Part shown: piece after piece, positions 1 to 12,700 of the stretch
Layout of the letters: each line of letters starts with the position of its first letter
Position numbering within the stretch: position 1 is the stretch's first letter
Program-made: the position numbers and the translations under genes
Origin: Ascidiella aspersa
Lineage: Eukaryota
DNA length: 64,000 bases
Assembly: GCA_963924565.1 (NCBI GenBank)
Contig: OZ004615.1
Location: 6,386,001 to 6,450,000, forward strand
Direction of reading: 5' to 3'
The notes under the pieces: generated by a model
Databases searched by the model: none
The model's input: the letters and a program-made list of their open reading frames with translations, nothing else
Told to the model about the DNA's origin: nothing

Positions 1-671
1 AGCTGGACAAAGCAAGCGAATATGAACGAATTCTGTATGGACGTTTTTCTGCTGCTAGATGGCAGTCGTTAGCTACCGGGACCTAAAACGCAATATTTAA
101 GGTTTTTGCCTCCCAAGCAAAGGCCCCTTGGGGTGCAGCCTCATAAACTTCTACAAAGCACTTACATACCACTCTACGCCATGTCTGAAAATTTGAAGGT
201 TCTACGATGTATACTTTTTCTATAAAGCTCCGGACAAAAATCGGTCTGAAACATTTTCGGGCAAAAACAAGATATGTCCCGAAAATAAATTTTCGGCCCA
301 TATAATTCACTCAACAAGCACAACACAGGACTGAAATTACTTTGTACGAGCCTTTAATAGAAGACTTCGATAAAATCAATGAACTATACAATATTGCTTA
401 AACGATTCAATTGAGAAAATATGCAAGGTCGGCAGTACATTACACCGCTTATGTTACTTGCTCGCAACATTGCGTAGTAAACTGGTTTGGCGCTTGTAAT
501 GTGTTCACTGTTCGTGGAAGCTGTACAACTGTCGTTTATAAATGTTTTTGACTCAGCGTAAAATTACGGAGTCTTTGAGTTTGATGAAGTTGATTATTGA
601 GTATATAATTCTTGGAAAGTTACCGCTTTATCTAATGATGTTTAGGCATTTACTGTAGTTTTTCTAACCAG

Positions 672-779
672 ACAAACGCTGCAACGATAATACTGACCCT
701 TGTTATAACGGTGGAACATGCCTACGGGATGGCCGCTGTACATGCCTGGATGGTTACACCGGAGATCGTTGTGAAACAG
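672..779 (+). CDS. exon: EGF-like domain (KRCNDNTDPCYNGGTCLRDGRCTCLDGYTGDRCET)
   Basis: 6-Cys EGF pattern, cag|...|gtaag, phase 1-1; missed by the ORF track. Confidence 0.9.
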
Positions 780-3700
780 GTAAGATGTGTAACGAATAAG
801 TTTTAGCAAAACGCACAAATTACTATCGGTTTCAACAAACATCGGTTCATCGTTATTAAAAAAAATACGCGTGTATTTATAATGATTAAATACTTGATTT
901 AAACTTCGGTGACTGAGGAATGTAACGACAACACACGTAGACTATTATGTTATTGTTTGTTCAGGGTAGCTTACAACATTGATTGTATTGATTTTAACCA
1001 TTATTTAGTGTTCCTTATACATTTTGATTCCTGATTGTTGCAGAATTATTTTACCTATTTTAGTGTCCGATCATTGCAGCACTCTGCCTTGCTTAAACGG
1101 AGCAGCCTGCATCGGAACGCCGTTGCCTTACAGTTGTGATTGTCGCGACGGATTCTACGGAAATATTTGTGAGAACGGTAATCTGATGTTTAACGCAATC
1201 AATTTTGGTTTAATTTAGAGTTTAAAGGTTTAGATTTTATGTTTGTTAAATTCGTAGGCTTTAACTCATAAACCTCATTTTTTCTTTAATGTCATTTAAG
1301 TTCATTTTTTATGGATTATGGCTGACAATCATCTGTTACGGTAAAATATTTTTGCGAACCACACAAGAATCCAAATTATTTGATTGTCATGCAGAGTACA
1401 CATGTCGCCTGTCAGAAATTCCCGATGATATTGCAATTCGAAATGCGGCAAATATTCGCGTTGAAAATCACCACGTCGCTTCTGTTTATGAAACCTTTAC
1501 GTTTCGGTGTAAAAAACCTTCGCTTCAACTAGTGGGCGCCACAGAGAGCCGCTGTGGCAACTACGGTAGATGGGAAACCGCTCTTCCCACAGGATGCGGT
1601 AAGCGGACTTTAAATGTTTAAAAAATGTGCAGTTTTAAAATCTAAAAAATTCTCTTTCTATTAATTTCCAGCTTTGCCCAGGGCTATATCATATGCCTTT
1701 TTCAAAAAATCGTAGGTATATTTCTCTTGAGTTGCCTGCAAATTTTTATTACATATGCTTCATAGTTACATATCTTGAATATGTAACATGAGACTCCAGT
1801 CTTAGGACCAAATTTAAAACAACCTCAACGTCGACATAAAACACAGTTCGCAATAAGGCCTAAATATAACTCAACTAAATCGTTATAATTTGCTAATCGG
1901 AAAAAGACCTAGTAACGTCGGAAGAAGTCCTAAATGTCCAGAATTAGACCAGTATGCAACCTTTTATCTAATCCCGCTCCTAACTTTATCACTAATTCCG
2001 TAACCTTTAAAAGGGGCAAACCATCCAAAATGGTCGATGACAGACAGGTGGCCCTAAATATTTCCATACCCTAGCCATACAAATTTAGGCATTAGAATCT
2101 TTATTTGGGTCTGATTTATAACATTTTAGGATTTATTTCGACATGTCTAGGTCTTATTTAGATGATTTTTCGTCTTAATCTGCCGTGGTTATTAATGCGA
2201 ATTTAGCCTTATAATATCGTTGATGGATTATTCTAATTTAGACATTGTTGCTTTGTAAGGCTTATTGTGTGCCACACTTGAAAGTACTGTGCAATCAATT
2301 CCTAAAAAAAAGTAAAAAAAAATGTGTTTAAATATTAAAATGTTTTTTCCTTTTACCAGCGACGCATATGACCGCCTTTATTGGCGTACCGTGAAAGCGT
2401 TTTATCAAAATCTGACACATAGTTAAAACACAACTAAGAGTTGCAAACGCGTAAAAATTGCATTTACTTAGTTATACCATAAGCAAAAAAAAAAATTTTG
2501 GAGGGCATGACCTGTCCACTCCCTGGATAAGCCCATGAGCCTTAGTTAAATAAAATGACTTATTGAGGAAAAAGGCAAATAACAAATATACATCAGGTGA
2601 ATTTGTCAAAACATTTATGACGTTTGCTCTATGCGTATAATAATCCCAAAAGAGATGATATATTCTTTAAAAGTAATACTCTATTTTTTTTGCATTGCAC
2701 TTTGTGTGCTGGTAGGACTAGTTTAACCATATTAACAAAGGACTAATAAATATAACCAATATTTAAATACTAAATAAAAACAACGAATCACAAACGTCAA
2801 AATCACAAACAGCTTACAGCTTTCGCAGTATCTCATAGCCTGGGTGACGCTTCTCATCCCCTCACTGTACTTTTACTATTGCAGCCTTGCCTAGCTATCC
2901 GTCCACCAAAAAAAAAAATATTTTAACCTCTGCACCAACAATAATTCGTCATTAGATAGCACAAAAATCGTTCCAGATAACAACAAAATATATGATACGT
3001 ATAAAATCGCAAACGCAGTTTACAGATGCCCAGGACTGGACGAACCAGCAAACGGCCGACTCGAGAGTAGCAGCGGTGGTCCGGTTTCTTTGGATCTCCA
3101 CAGTCGAGTGCGAGTGGTTTGCAATCAAGGATATCGGGCTATCAGAGGAGAATTACATTGCACCACTTCGGGTTGGAACCACCAACCACGTTGTCAAGGT
3201 TCGAGTTTTTTTACTTCATAGCGTGTGCTTCAAGTTTTTACGACTGTTGATTTAAGTTAAAACTGCATTTTCGTTTGAAACTTTATTTCAATTAATGTAA
3301 TTGAACAGAGTTGTTAAGCAGTTATTGTACGTTTAAGGAAAAAGGGAATTTACATATGGTTTTAATCCAGTAGGGCTGCGAATGCGCCCATATCATTTGC
3401 CGTGTTAAAAGTGCCCTAAAAGTTGCATGTTTTTTTTTTCGAATGATACTACATAACTTAATGCAGACGTGATAGGAACGCATTTATGAAACTGCTGTTC
3501 TGAATTACATTTAGCATTTTTTATCGAAATCAGGGTTTTATTAAGTTAACTTAATGATATCCTAACCTTGGTGCCTTAAACTAAACTAAGTCATTTTTTT
3601 AATCTTTTGGTTAAAATAAATTAACTGGATTTAATTATTTAAGTATTGTTTTGTCATTTCAAAATTACAACATCAATACACAAAATAACAACATCAATAA

Positions 3701-6700
3701 AAAAATAATTTCGTAAACATACACAGTAATATTTTTGCAGAAATTGCTTTCGGAAATCACAATAACTGATTTTATATACCGGTAGTACACAAAAAGTCTG
3801 TTTCTAATAAGGCGCCAACAACCTTGGCTTACTTTACAGAAAAGCGATGTCGCCCTCCTCCTTTACCGGACAACGGCGGAGTAACTGAACCACGTGATGC
3901 GTATTTCTACAAGTCTGAGGTCACCTTCTTCTGCGACCAAGGCTACCAAAACATGGGCGATCACACTTCGATTTGTGACCAATCTTTGCGTTGGACAGGA
4001 GTGGCAAATTGCGTTGGTAATGTTCGAATGCCTTTAATTGAAAACTTTTATGAAACCAACTTTATGAATGTTATAACAAAGTTACGTCATAACCTGACGT
4101 CACACGTTAAGCCACAAAGCTACGTCAAAACGTGACGTCACAAAGCTGCGTCAAAACTTGACGGTGTGCCAATAAAAACTTATTTCCGTAAAATATATAG
4201 GCTGCTCATTGATAATAGCGACAAGCCATGGAACTGCGAAAAGTTTTGGTGGCCTAACACTAATAAGGATGTTACGGGACACGTGAAAGTGCTGATCACC
4301 TTAGGGAAGTGGTTCCCACCAAACTTATGCTCAGAAGAGCTTGTCAAGCAACAAACTGAAAAAGAAAAACCAGACAATAGAACTAAGAATTAGGCAGTAA
4401 AAACGGCAACCAACAGAATTGTCCTAGCTAACAATTTAAAAAACCTAGATTTTGCAGAATATATCTAGAATTCATATTTATTATTTTATCTTAAAAGTAT
4501 TTCTCGCTTGTCATCTTCCTAATGTAAACTTTGAAGTATGTACATCATTTATTCGACATCATTGGCTTCATATATACATTAATTAGATTTGTATACAAGA
4601 CATCAAGACATACCTAATGTTTTTATTCACAGTATCCTCTAACCAAGGAGCTTAAAACGATTTGATATACTTTTTTTTAACTAAACGTTTTCAGGCGTAT
4701 TGCGAAACTAGGTTGACTAGAAAAAACATTTTCAACGCAGCTTGAAGAGCAGTGCATTTAGCTTGGAAATACGACAGATTTGACCAAATCTAATCACGTC
4801 AAAGGCGCTGTACATTTCTCCTAAACTATAATATAAATGCTAGCATTTTTTAACAATATGCCATTATTTTTATGGGTATAATACTCATTTTGTTTGAATT
4901 GAAAGATTTGCCAATTTAAACCAAACAAACACAAAGTTTTTCGCGCTTCCCGCGACTATTTTGGATTTTAGTTGCATTTTTGCGCACAATTTCGCAAGAG
5001 AATGTCAGGTGTTCTTTAGGATAATCGTTTTAAGACGTCCTTATGATGTCATATCTGAAAACGTTTTTTAACTGGTGGCCGTAAGAGAAACAAAAACTAT
5101 TAAAATGTTGGAATCGGACAGTCATAGTCATCGTCGATTTCTCTAATAGTCGCCTTCATGAACTTTATTTTTTAAATTTCGTATAGCCTCTACAACGTTG
5201 GCAGCTTTTACTACATCGAGGCCACCTACAACTACGGTGCGTTCGGTCGTCCATCGAACCCAGCCACGCCTCCAGCTGACCACGCCCTTTTTTCATCCCC
5301 CGCTGACCACGCATTCAGCCCCCACCGCTCCGCCTTCAGCCCCTGCCGCTCCGCCTTCAGCCCCCGCCGATGAAGGGCCCAGGTGGAGGAATTGGGGCGC
5401 CTGGGGCCCTTGGGAGGCCTGCTCGGTCACTTGCGGGTCGGGCCAGCAGCGCCGCCGACGCCCCTGCCCCGGCTCCCAACACAACGTTCTACAATGCAAG
5501 GGAACCAACTATAAGCAGAGAGACTGTCCCCTGTATCCCTGTAAGTGGTATATCTAACAAAGTTGCTTCAGTTAGTTGCACATATAAGCTTAGAAGTTGC
5601 CACGACTTAACAACTCAAGTAAATTGCTTTACTCAAGTTCACTTGAGACAATATTGTCAAATTACTTGACTAAACTAATTGGGCAACATGAGTAGACTTT
5701 AATAAAGTTCTTTAGACTTGAACTTCAGTAGTTTATTCAAAACAAAACTCATTTAGTCTTAAATATTTTCATTAAGTGCAATTAAAACTAAATTATTCTC
5801 GCTTTTAGTTTGTTTTGTATGGTTAGCTATCAAAGTATGATCAGATTTGATCAACAAGTTATCAAAATTGAATTTATGTTCGATTTAAACAACTTAATAA
5901 CTAAACTTGCCTTGCTATTCTAATGACTTGGATGGATTTATTTGAGCTTTGTCCAGACAACATTACTTTTTCACAACATTGCTGTATTTAAAGGCCTAAA
6001 TAAAAATGTAGATTGGTGTGTAAAACCAGTGTAAATGAGGCAAAGCAGTTCTAATATACCTTCTTTAACATTATTATGCTTTGCAACAATTTTTTCTAGC
6101 CGGTAAATTGTTTTGCAGCAATTTTTTTTTTTGTTTAATATTGTACATGTGGAGCAGTGGTTCTCAACCTTTTATGGCTTGCGGCACCCCTGCAAGATTT
6201 TTCTGTAGGTAGTTCACTAGAATGTCGCAATAAACGGAACTGGAACAACCTACAACAACTCTACAAAACGTAGGAAGTTAAAATTGGGTTTATTCCACTC
6301 TAATCGTACACAAAAAAGTTGTAACAGTTGAGCAAAAATCAAAATCTTAAAAATCTTATATTTCGCGCCACCCTTGAGCGTGCACCCCGGATGAGAACCA
6401 CTCATGTAGAGTATAATGGATTATGCAATAAAATTATTTTTTGAATTATCCTACAATATTGGATGTCTATAGTCATCTTAAGGTTGTAAAAGTGAAGTCC
6501 AGCTTTGTGCCAAAACAATTAACTCAAGAAGGGAGTAAATAGGTCGCTGCGTCAAATAGGCCTTCTGACAAAGTACAAAACGAAATTTCTTATGAAATCA
6601 GCATTGATTTACTCAATTTATTTTGATTAGACAACCTTATGATCAACTAGAACAGTGCTTTTCAGCCTTTAAAAGAACCGTTCGTACTTTTTCTATTTCG

Positions 6701-9700
6701 GAAAAGTTTCGTCCGCACGAAACTAGCACAGTAAGTTTGCAACATTTGTTTTTTCCTACTTATGAAATCACAATGAAGGAGTTTGTGTCTGAGACACTAT
6801 ATGACTGTCCTGTAACACAAGTGGGCGCACCACATTATTTGCTTACTATAATACACATAATAAAATCATAATATGCACCACTTTCATCCACACATTCATC
6901 CGCACGACGTTTGTCATCCGCATTATTTTTTTTATCCGCACAAGTGCGTACCATACCACGGGTTGAAAAGCATTGAACTAGAAGATTACTAGTTTTACAT
7001 TAAAACCAATCAGTCAGCTTTTACACCAATGCTTTATAGGCAGTGTCAGCTTGCGCGGTATAATATGTACATAAAATCTTGCGGAACACCTCCATCATTA
7101 CATAACAATCCAATCCAATTTAACATTAAGTTTATTACCTATTCAATAAAAAAAGTATTATTTTGCGTGCTAGCTTTGCATGATACCAACGACAGCCAAC
7201 TTAACCCTCAGGAAATTTGTGTGGTTTTAAGAAACGGTATATTATATTTTAAGCAAAATATCGGCCCAAGTTTGCCGATGTGTATATATGGTTAGAACAG
7301 GAATAAACTAACAGTCTGCCTCTAGGATATATCTGAGCATGCTTTTTCTGCAAGCATATTTGTAATGCATCACAGGCAAACATTTAAAAAAAAGCTGATT
7401 TACATTCAATGTTTGCATGTTTAAAGGTGGACGCGAGTTCGACTTCCGAAACAAGCGGTATATTGCCAGTTCGGATTTAAGGAATTTCGCAAACGCCGAG
7501 GATGCCTGCCGCCACCTCGGAGGTCGTCTTGCAGTCCTCAAGGAGAAGGAGGTGCACGTGGGGATAGCACAACTTCTTACTTACGGTTGGCTTAATTCAA
7601 TTTTAACTTGACTGATAGAATTGTTCGGTCCTTTGTATTTTATATTACATGTCGATGTTCGACATTTCTGCTAAAGCTTTTTCCCCGCCCTTCGATTACA
7701 AGTGACGTTATAATATACATACGGACCAATTTACTCAAAACTGCTTTAAGCGTTAACAAGCCAAAAACCTTTGATTGTTAATTTATTATTTTCAAGGTAA
7801 GGTGCGAAACGGTACATTGGATCACGAAACACAGCTAGGTACACATAAGAACTTTACAATAGGTTCCTCTGGCATATAGTTTTTCAACCAACGTTTCGGC
7901 TTATTATCCGGCAAGCCTTCGTCAGGGACCAACACACAAAGCCAACAGGGTTCTTTGTGTGATTTTACTTTGCGCCCTGTTGGCTTGTGTGTTAGTCCCT
8001 GACGAAGGCTTGCCGGATAGTAAGCCGAAACGTGGTTGAAAAAATATATGCCAGAGGAACCTATTTTAAATATACTATGTCTGGTAGCAACAGCATATAT
8101 ATAAGAACTTTACATTCGATTGGAACAGATGCCACCTCTGATAAGTATTTCCACTTAGCAATGCCATTTCTACTTGGCATCGCGTATAGGGTCACTACCA
8201 GGGCGGACCCAAGAGGGTTGAGGCACGTGGCCATTGCCTCCCAAAACTGTATTTTTCGTGCAAAAATATTTCTAGTTTGAATCTAATTATGTTTCTAGAA
8301 TGTCTCAGTTCAATTGAATAAAATCGCTTTATGAGCGAATCTATAACATCGTTGCAGCTTAGGGTAACACCTGTCGAATCTGAAAGTATACCAAGTGAAA
8401 CGAACTGTGTGTGTTTATAAGGTTACTTTTTATGACGTCGCGTTTAGGTACAACTTCATAATTTTAACGTAACTAACTTCGTCTCTGAAATAAAATGCTC
8501 GTGCCCCCCCAAACCCAATTCCTAGACCCGCGCCTGACCTATTTATATGCAACGTATTTACAGTAGTTGCTTGCTTTACATGCTACTGTGTCTGTGTTGT
8601 CAGCCAGCCCATCATGGATTGGCCTCAGGAAGACTAACTTCTGGAAATGGTCCGACGGTGACAAGGTGATAAACATCGACAACAGAGATGTATTTAATCC
8701 TTGGACTACCGAAGGTCAAACAAATCGCCGCCTGCAATGTGCATACTTAAATGCTGATGCGAAATGCCATCGTTGGGGTTGGGATTGGCATCGCGGTTGG
8801 CGTCACACTAAATGCTGGCAGAAGGCTGACTGCAATGCCGAACATTTCTACGTTTGCGAGAAAGGTAAGTCGTATTTTTTTTTACTTTTTAAAACTATTA
8901 CCGAGAAAGGGCAATTGAATTTACCGGGTTCCCATAAAATCCCCGTCGATGGCAGAGATTTGTGATGTTTTTATCATAGGTAATTACTAAGTTAGTTATT
9001 ATATGAAACTATGGCATGTTTAAAGTTGCCTAAACAATATAAAAAACTTTTCATTACAAACACTTTTCTAAACAGGGTATTTGCGAATAACATGCCCGTC
9101 CAGTAAAATCTGACTATAGACTTCGAGCTGACAGCAAAATTTCATACTCATTGTACTGAATTTCCATTTAGTTTCGCATTTGGTTTGCTGAATTGGGCTG
9201 TGGTTTAATCTAAACTCTAAAGCATATAACACTGAACTCGAAAAAATTGTTCCAAATACCTTCCCAGCTTATACGGAGTAAAATTTCGTCGTTTTGTACT
9301 GCATTACAGTGCATTAACAGCTTAAGCCACGGGTTGTGTCAGGTGATAGATTCGCTCTTATAGTTGACGGCCCAACAACGTATATGTATCTGTCATGGCG
9401 TTTTTGTACAAAGCCATTTTGCAGTTAAAGAGAAGAGGTACGTCAAAAGGTTGCAGGGTGTCCGCAATTGCATACAAAATTAACAATTTTTTTAATACAG
9501 TGGCAAAGTTCGTGAATATAACGTTTTATGTTTAAATATTATGTTTTGAAAATGTTCGATTTATCTCGATTTTCCAGAATGCATTTAACATTTAGGTATT
9601 GATAAATATACAGGTAGTTTCGTGAAGTTGTTGGTTATATAGACTTAGGGGTCCGTAAACTGGACAGTAAATGGAAAGTGGTCCGTGACTAAAACAAGTC

Positions 9701-12700
9701 GGAAACCACTGCTTTAAAATGTTACTTTTCACAGTCACCGATGAATGCTTCCCAGGCTTGTGCAAGAACGGAGCAACCTGTCACGAAGGTGTCTGCTCTT
9801 GTACACCTGGATACGTTGGGGATCGATGTGATGTCGGTGAGAATACAGAGCATAGCGCTCATACCTTTACATTTGCACGTCTTTTAGTAACTTTGGTGTT
9901 TAAAGTTGTTGTTTAGAGCAGTGCTTCTTACACCTTTTTTAGTTTTGTTCACCCCTAGCATCTATCTCCAGATTCCATCCACCCTTGTCTCATGATATGA
10001 TAAACTATCTAGTTTATATATAACAGCACAAATTGACTTAGGTTGTTTCGATTTTTGTTAAGATCAACTCAAGCTAAGTTTTACCATTGTAAATCTACAA
10101 TTTCTCGAGTCGGGAGATATAAAGCTACAAAGCACAAAACACAGTCACAACGTTTAGAAAAACAATCGACTATAAAAAAAAACCCAGTCGACTATCAATA
10201 AAACAATCGACTATTAGAAAAACAATCGACTATCAACGTTTAGAAAATCAACCGACATACACTTCTGACGGTTCACCCTTATTCTCCATTTCCGTTTGGT
10301 TCACCCCTGCAAAAATTTTATTCACCTTGGGGTGAACCATTCACCTGATTAAGAAACACTGGTTTAGAGCAGTGCTCCGCAACCTTTTTCGATATGCGGC
10401 ACACCAACAGAAGTAAAATATTTCGGCGGCACACCAACGAATTATATGTCGATGGACAATAGACAACAATAGCAAATATTCTAGACAGCCAAAAGAAAAA
10501 GAAGCGATTCATGGTAAAAGCGCCAAAAAAAGGCGCCAAAAATTTTACGTATTGCAATCTTATATCTTCTTATTTTGCAGACTTTCAAAAATTTCTATAC
10601 TCGGTCGAATTTCTGCAAATTGTACCTCATTGAAATGGCTGATTAAAAAACAGGGGGCTTTTAAAAGCATTCAAAAAATGAAACCTGACATTGGCGCTTT
10701 GTACTTTTGGCGCGTGTTTTTTTGCCTAATTTATTTTTCGAAACAGCTGCCAAGACCAATTATACAATCACAAAGTAATATATATTTACATTGATATTTT
10801 ATAGGTTTTATTTCTCCTTTCCACCTAAATGTAAAGATTGAAATCAGTTGAGTCAGCTAAACAAAATATTTTTCAATTTAATTTCCGGCGATAGAAGGTA
10901 ACCCAGGTTTTACCAAGTTTTGAATATTATTGAAAGTTTATAAAAATGACACTTGGATAATTGCGTAGTCAAAATACCTACCTTGGTAAGATTTTGGCCT
11001 ACATTTTTCGCGTTAATTAAATTGCTTATTAAATTTCCCCCTTCAAAACGTAAACACCTCCGGGAACGTCGCGGCACACCGGTTGCGGGGCACTGGTTTA
11101 GAGTAATTGCTAACCAACAAGCTAACCTGTCTAAAGTAAAGTGGTCAACTTGCCCAACGAAACCCATACGAGGATTAGACCCATGTTTTCTTAAGGTGTT
11201 TGTTTTTATAAATAGAAAACACTGGAAAACGGCCGATTGACTGTCCCCAAACACTATGAAGCATTAATTTGAATATACTTTTCGATTTGATTCGTGGCTT
11301 TATGACGAATGTTTCTGTTTCCAGTGTCGGATCACTGCAGCACTTTGCCTTGCCTGAACGGCGCTACCTGCGTCCTTGAAAATCTGCAGTACCGTTGCAC
11401 TTGTCGCAATGGTTTCCACGGCACGAAATGTGAGCAAGGTAAATAGTGACCATTTTCAATGTTTGACGACCCGTTGTAAGTAGTATTTGTCAGCCTAGGA
11501 AACTTTCTCACAAAATGCCGACGGAAAATGTTTTTGTTTTATTCATATGCATTTTTTCTTCTAATGTAAATCAAATTATGTTTCTACGTCGTCTTAGCTC
11601 ATTTGAATTAATCGCTTTAGCCCAAAGGCGTAGAACGGGCGTTTTGCGCTATGCGCGAATCTATAACATTGTTGTAGCTTTCGGGAAAACTGTCGAATCT
11701 AAAACTACAACAAGAGAAACGAACTGTCTGTTGTTAATAAGGTTACTTTGCATGACGTCACGTTTAGATATAACTTTATGACGTCACAATTTGACGTAAC
11801 TTTCTAACAAAATCTCTGAAAATAAATTGTCATGCTCCCCAAACCAAATTCCATAAATGCTACGAAACGGTATTTTTCAGCCTGTAATGAATATAAAAAC
11901 TTGTTTTATAGGCATTGCATACTCTGACCCGTTATTCCTTCTTTCAATAGCACTTTTCAAAATCTCCTAATTATAACCAAAAGTGAACATGACGGTAACG
12001 TTAAAGTACATTTTGCAGAGTACACGTGCTCGTTGGAGGGCTTACCGCCTGGTATTGATAAATTGGATCAACGTGGAAACAGTATTTTAGCTTCTCAAGT
12101 CTCAGTAGGCAACGTAGTGCGATTTAGATGCACCGACCACAAACTTACATTAAATGGTTCAGCGGAAGTCAGTTGTGACACATTCGGAATCTGGGAGGAT
12201 GAATTGCCTGTTGGTTGTGGTAAGAAAACAATTTAAGTGGGGTGAAACAATGCCACTCGACTGATCAATTGATTATTTTAATTAATTAACAGAGCATTAA
12301 TAATCGCGATTATTATTTTAGATCTGTTATGTCCGGATTTGGCTGACCCCGAGAACGGTAAAATTATGCCATCCGGGCAACCAGGGGCTGCTAGTTTGAA
12401 CATTCGACAGAGGGCAAAGGTAGTTTGCAATCGTAGATACATTCCTGCAGAAGAAGAGTTGATCTGTACAAAATCAGGATGGTCAAGTCAACCTCTCTGC
12501 GAAGGTATTCCTAAATTCTTCTTATAAAACAGTGATAACGGTTATATACGTTTTTGTTGTTTCTTCATCAAAATATATCCCAAAATCCGACGAGTTCAGG
12601 AGTTGTAATAATTTGATTTTTAGTTTTAATACAAATGTTCACTTAATCTAAACTAGACTTACTATGACAACAACTTAAACTAAATCTTGTATTGCTATTT

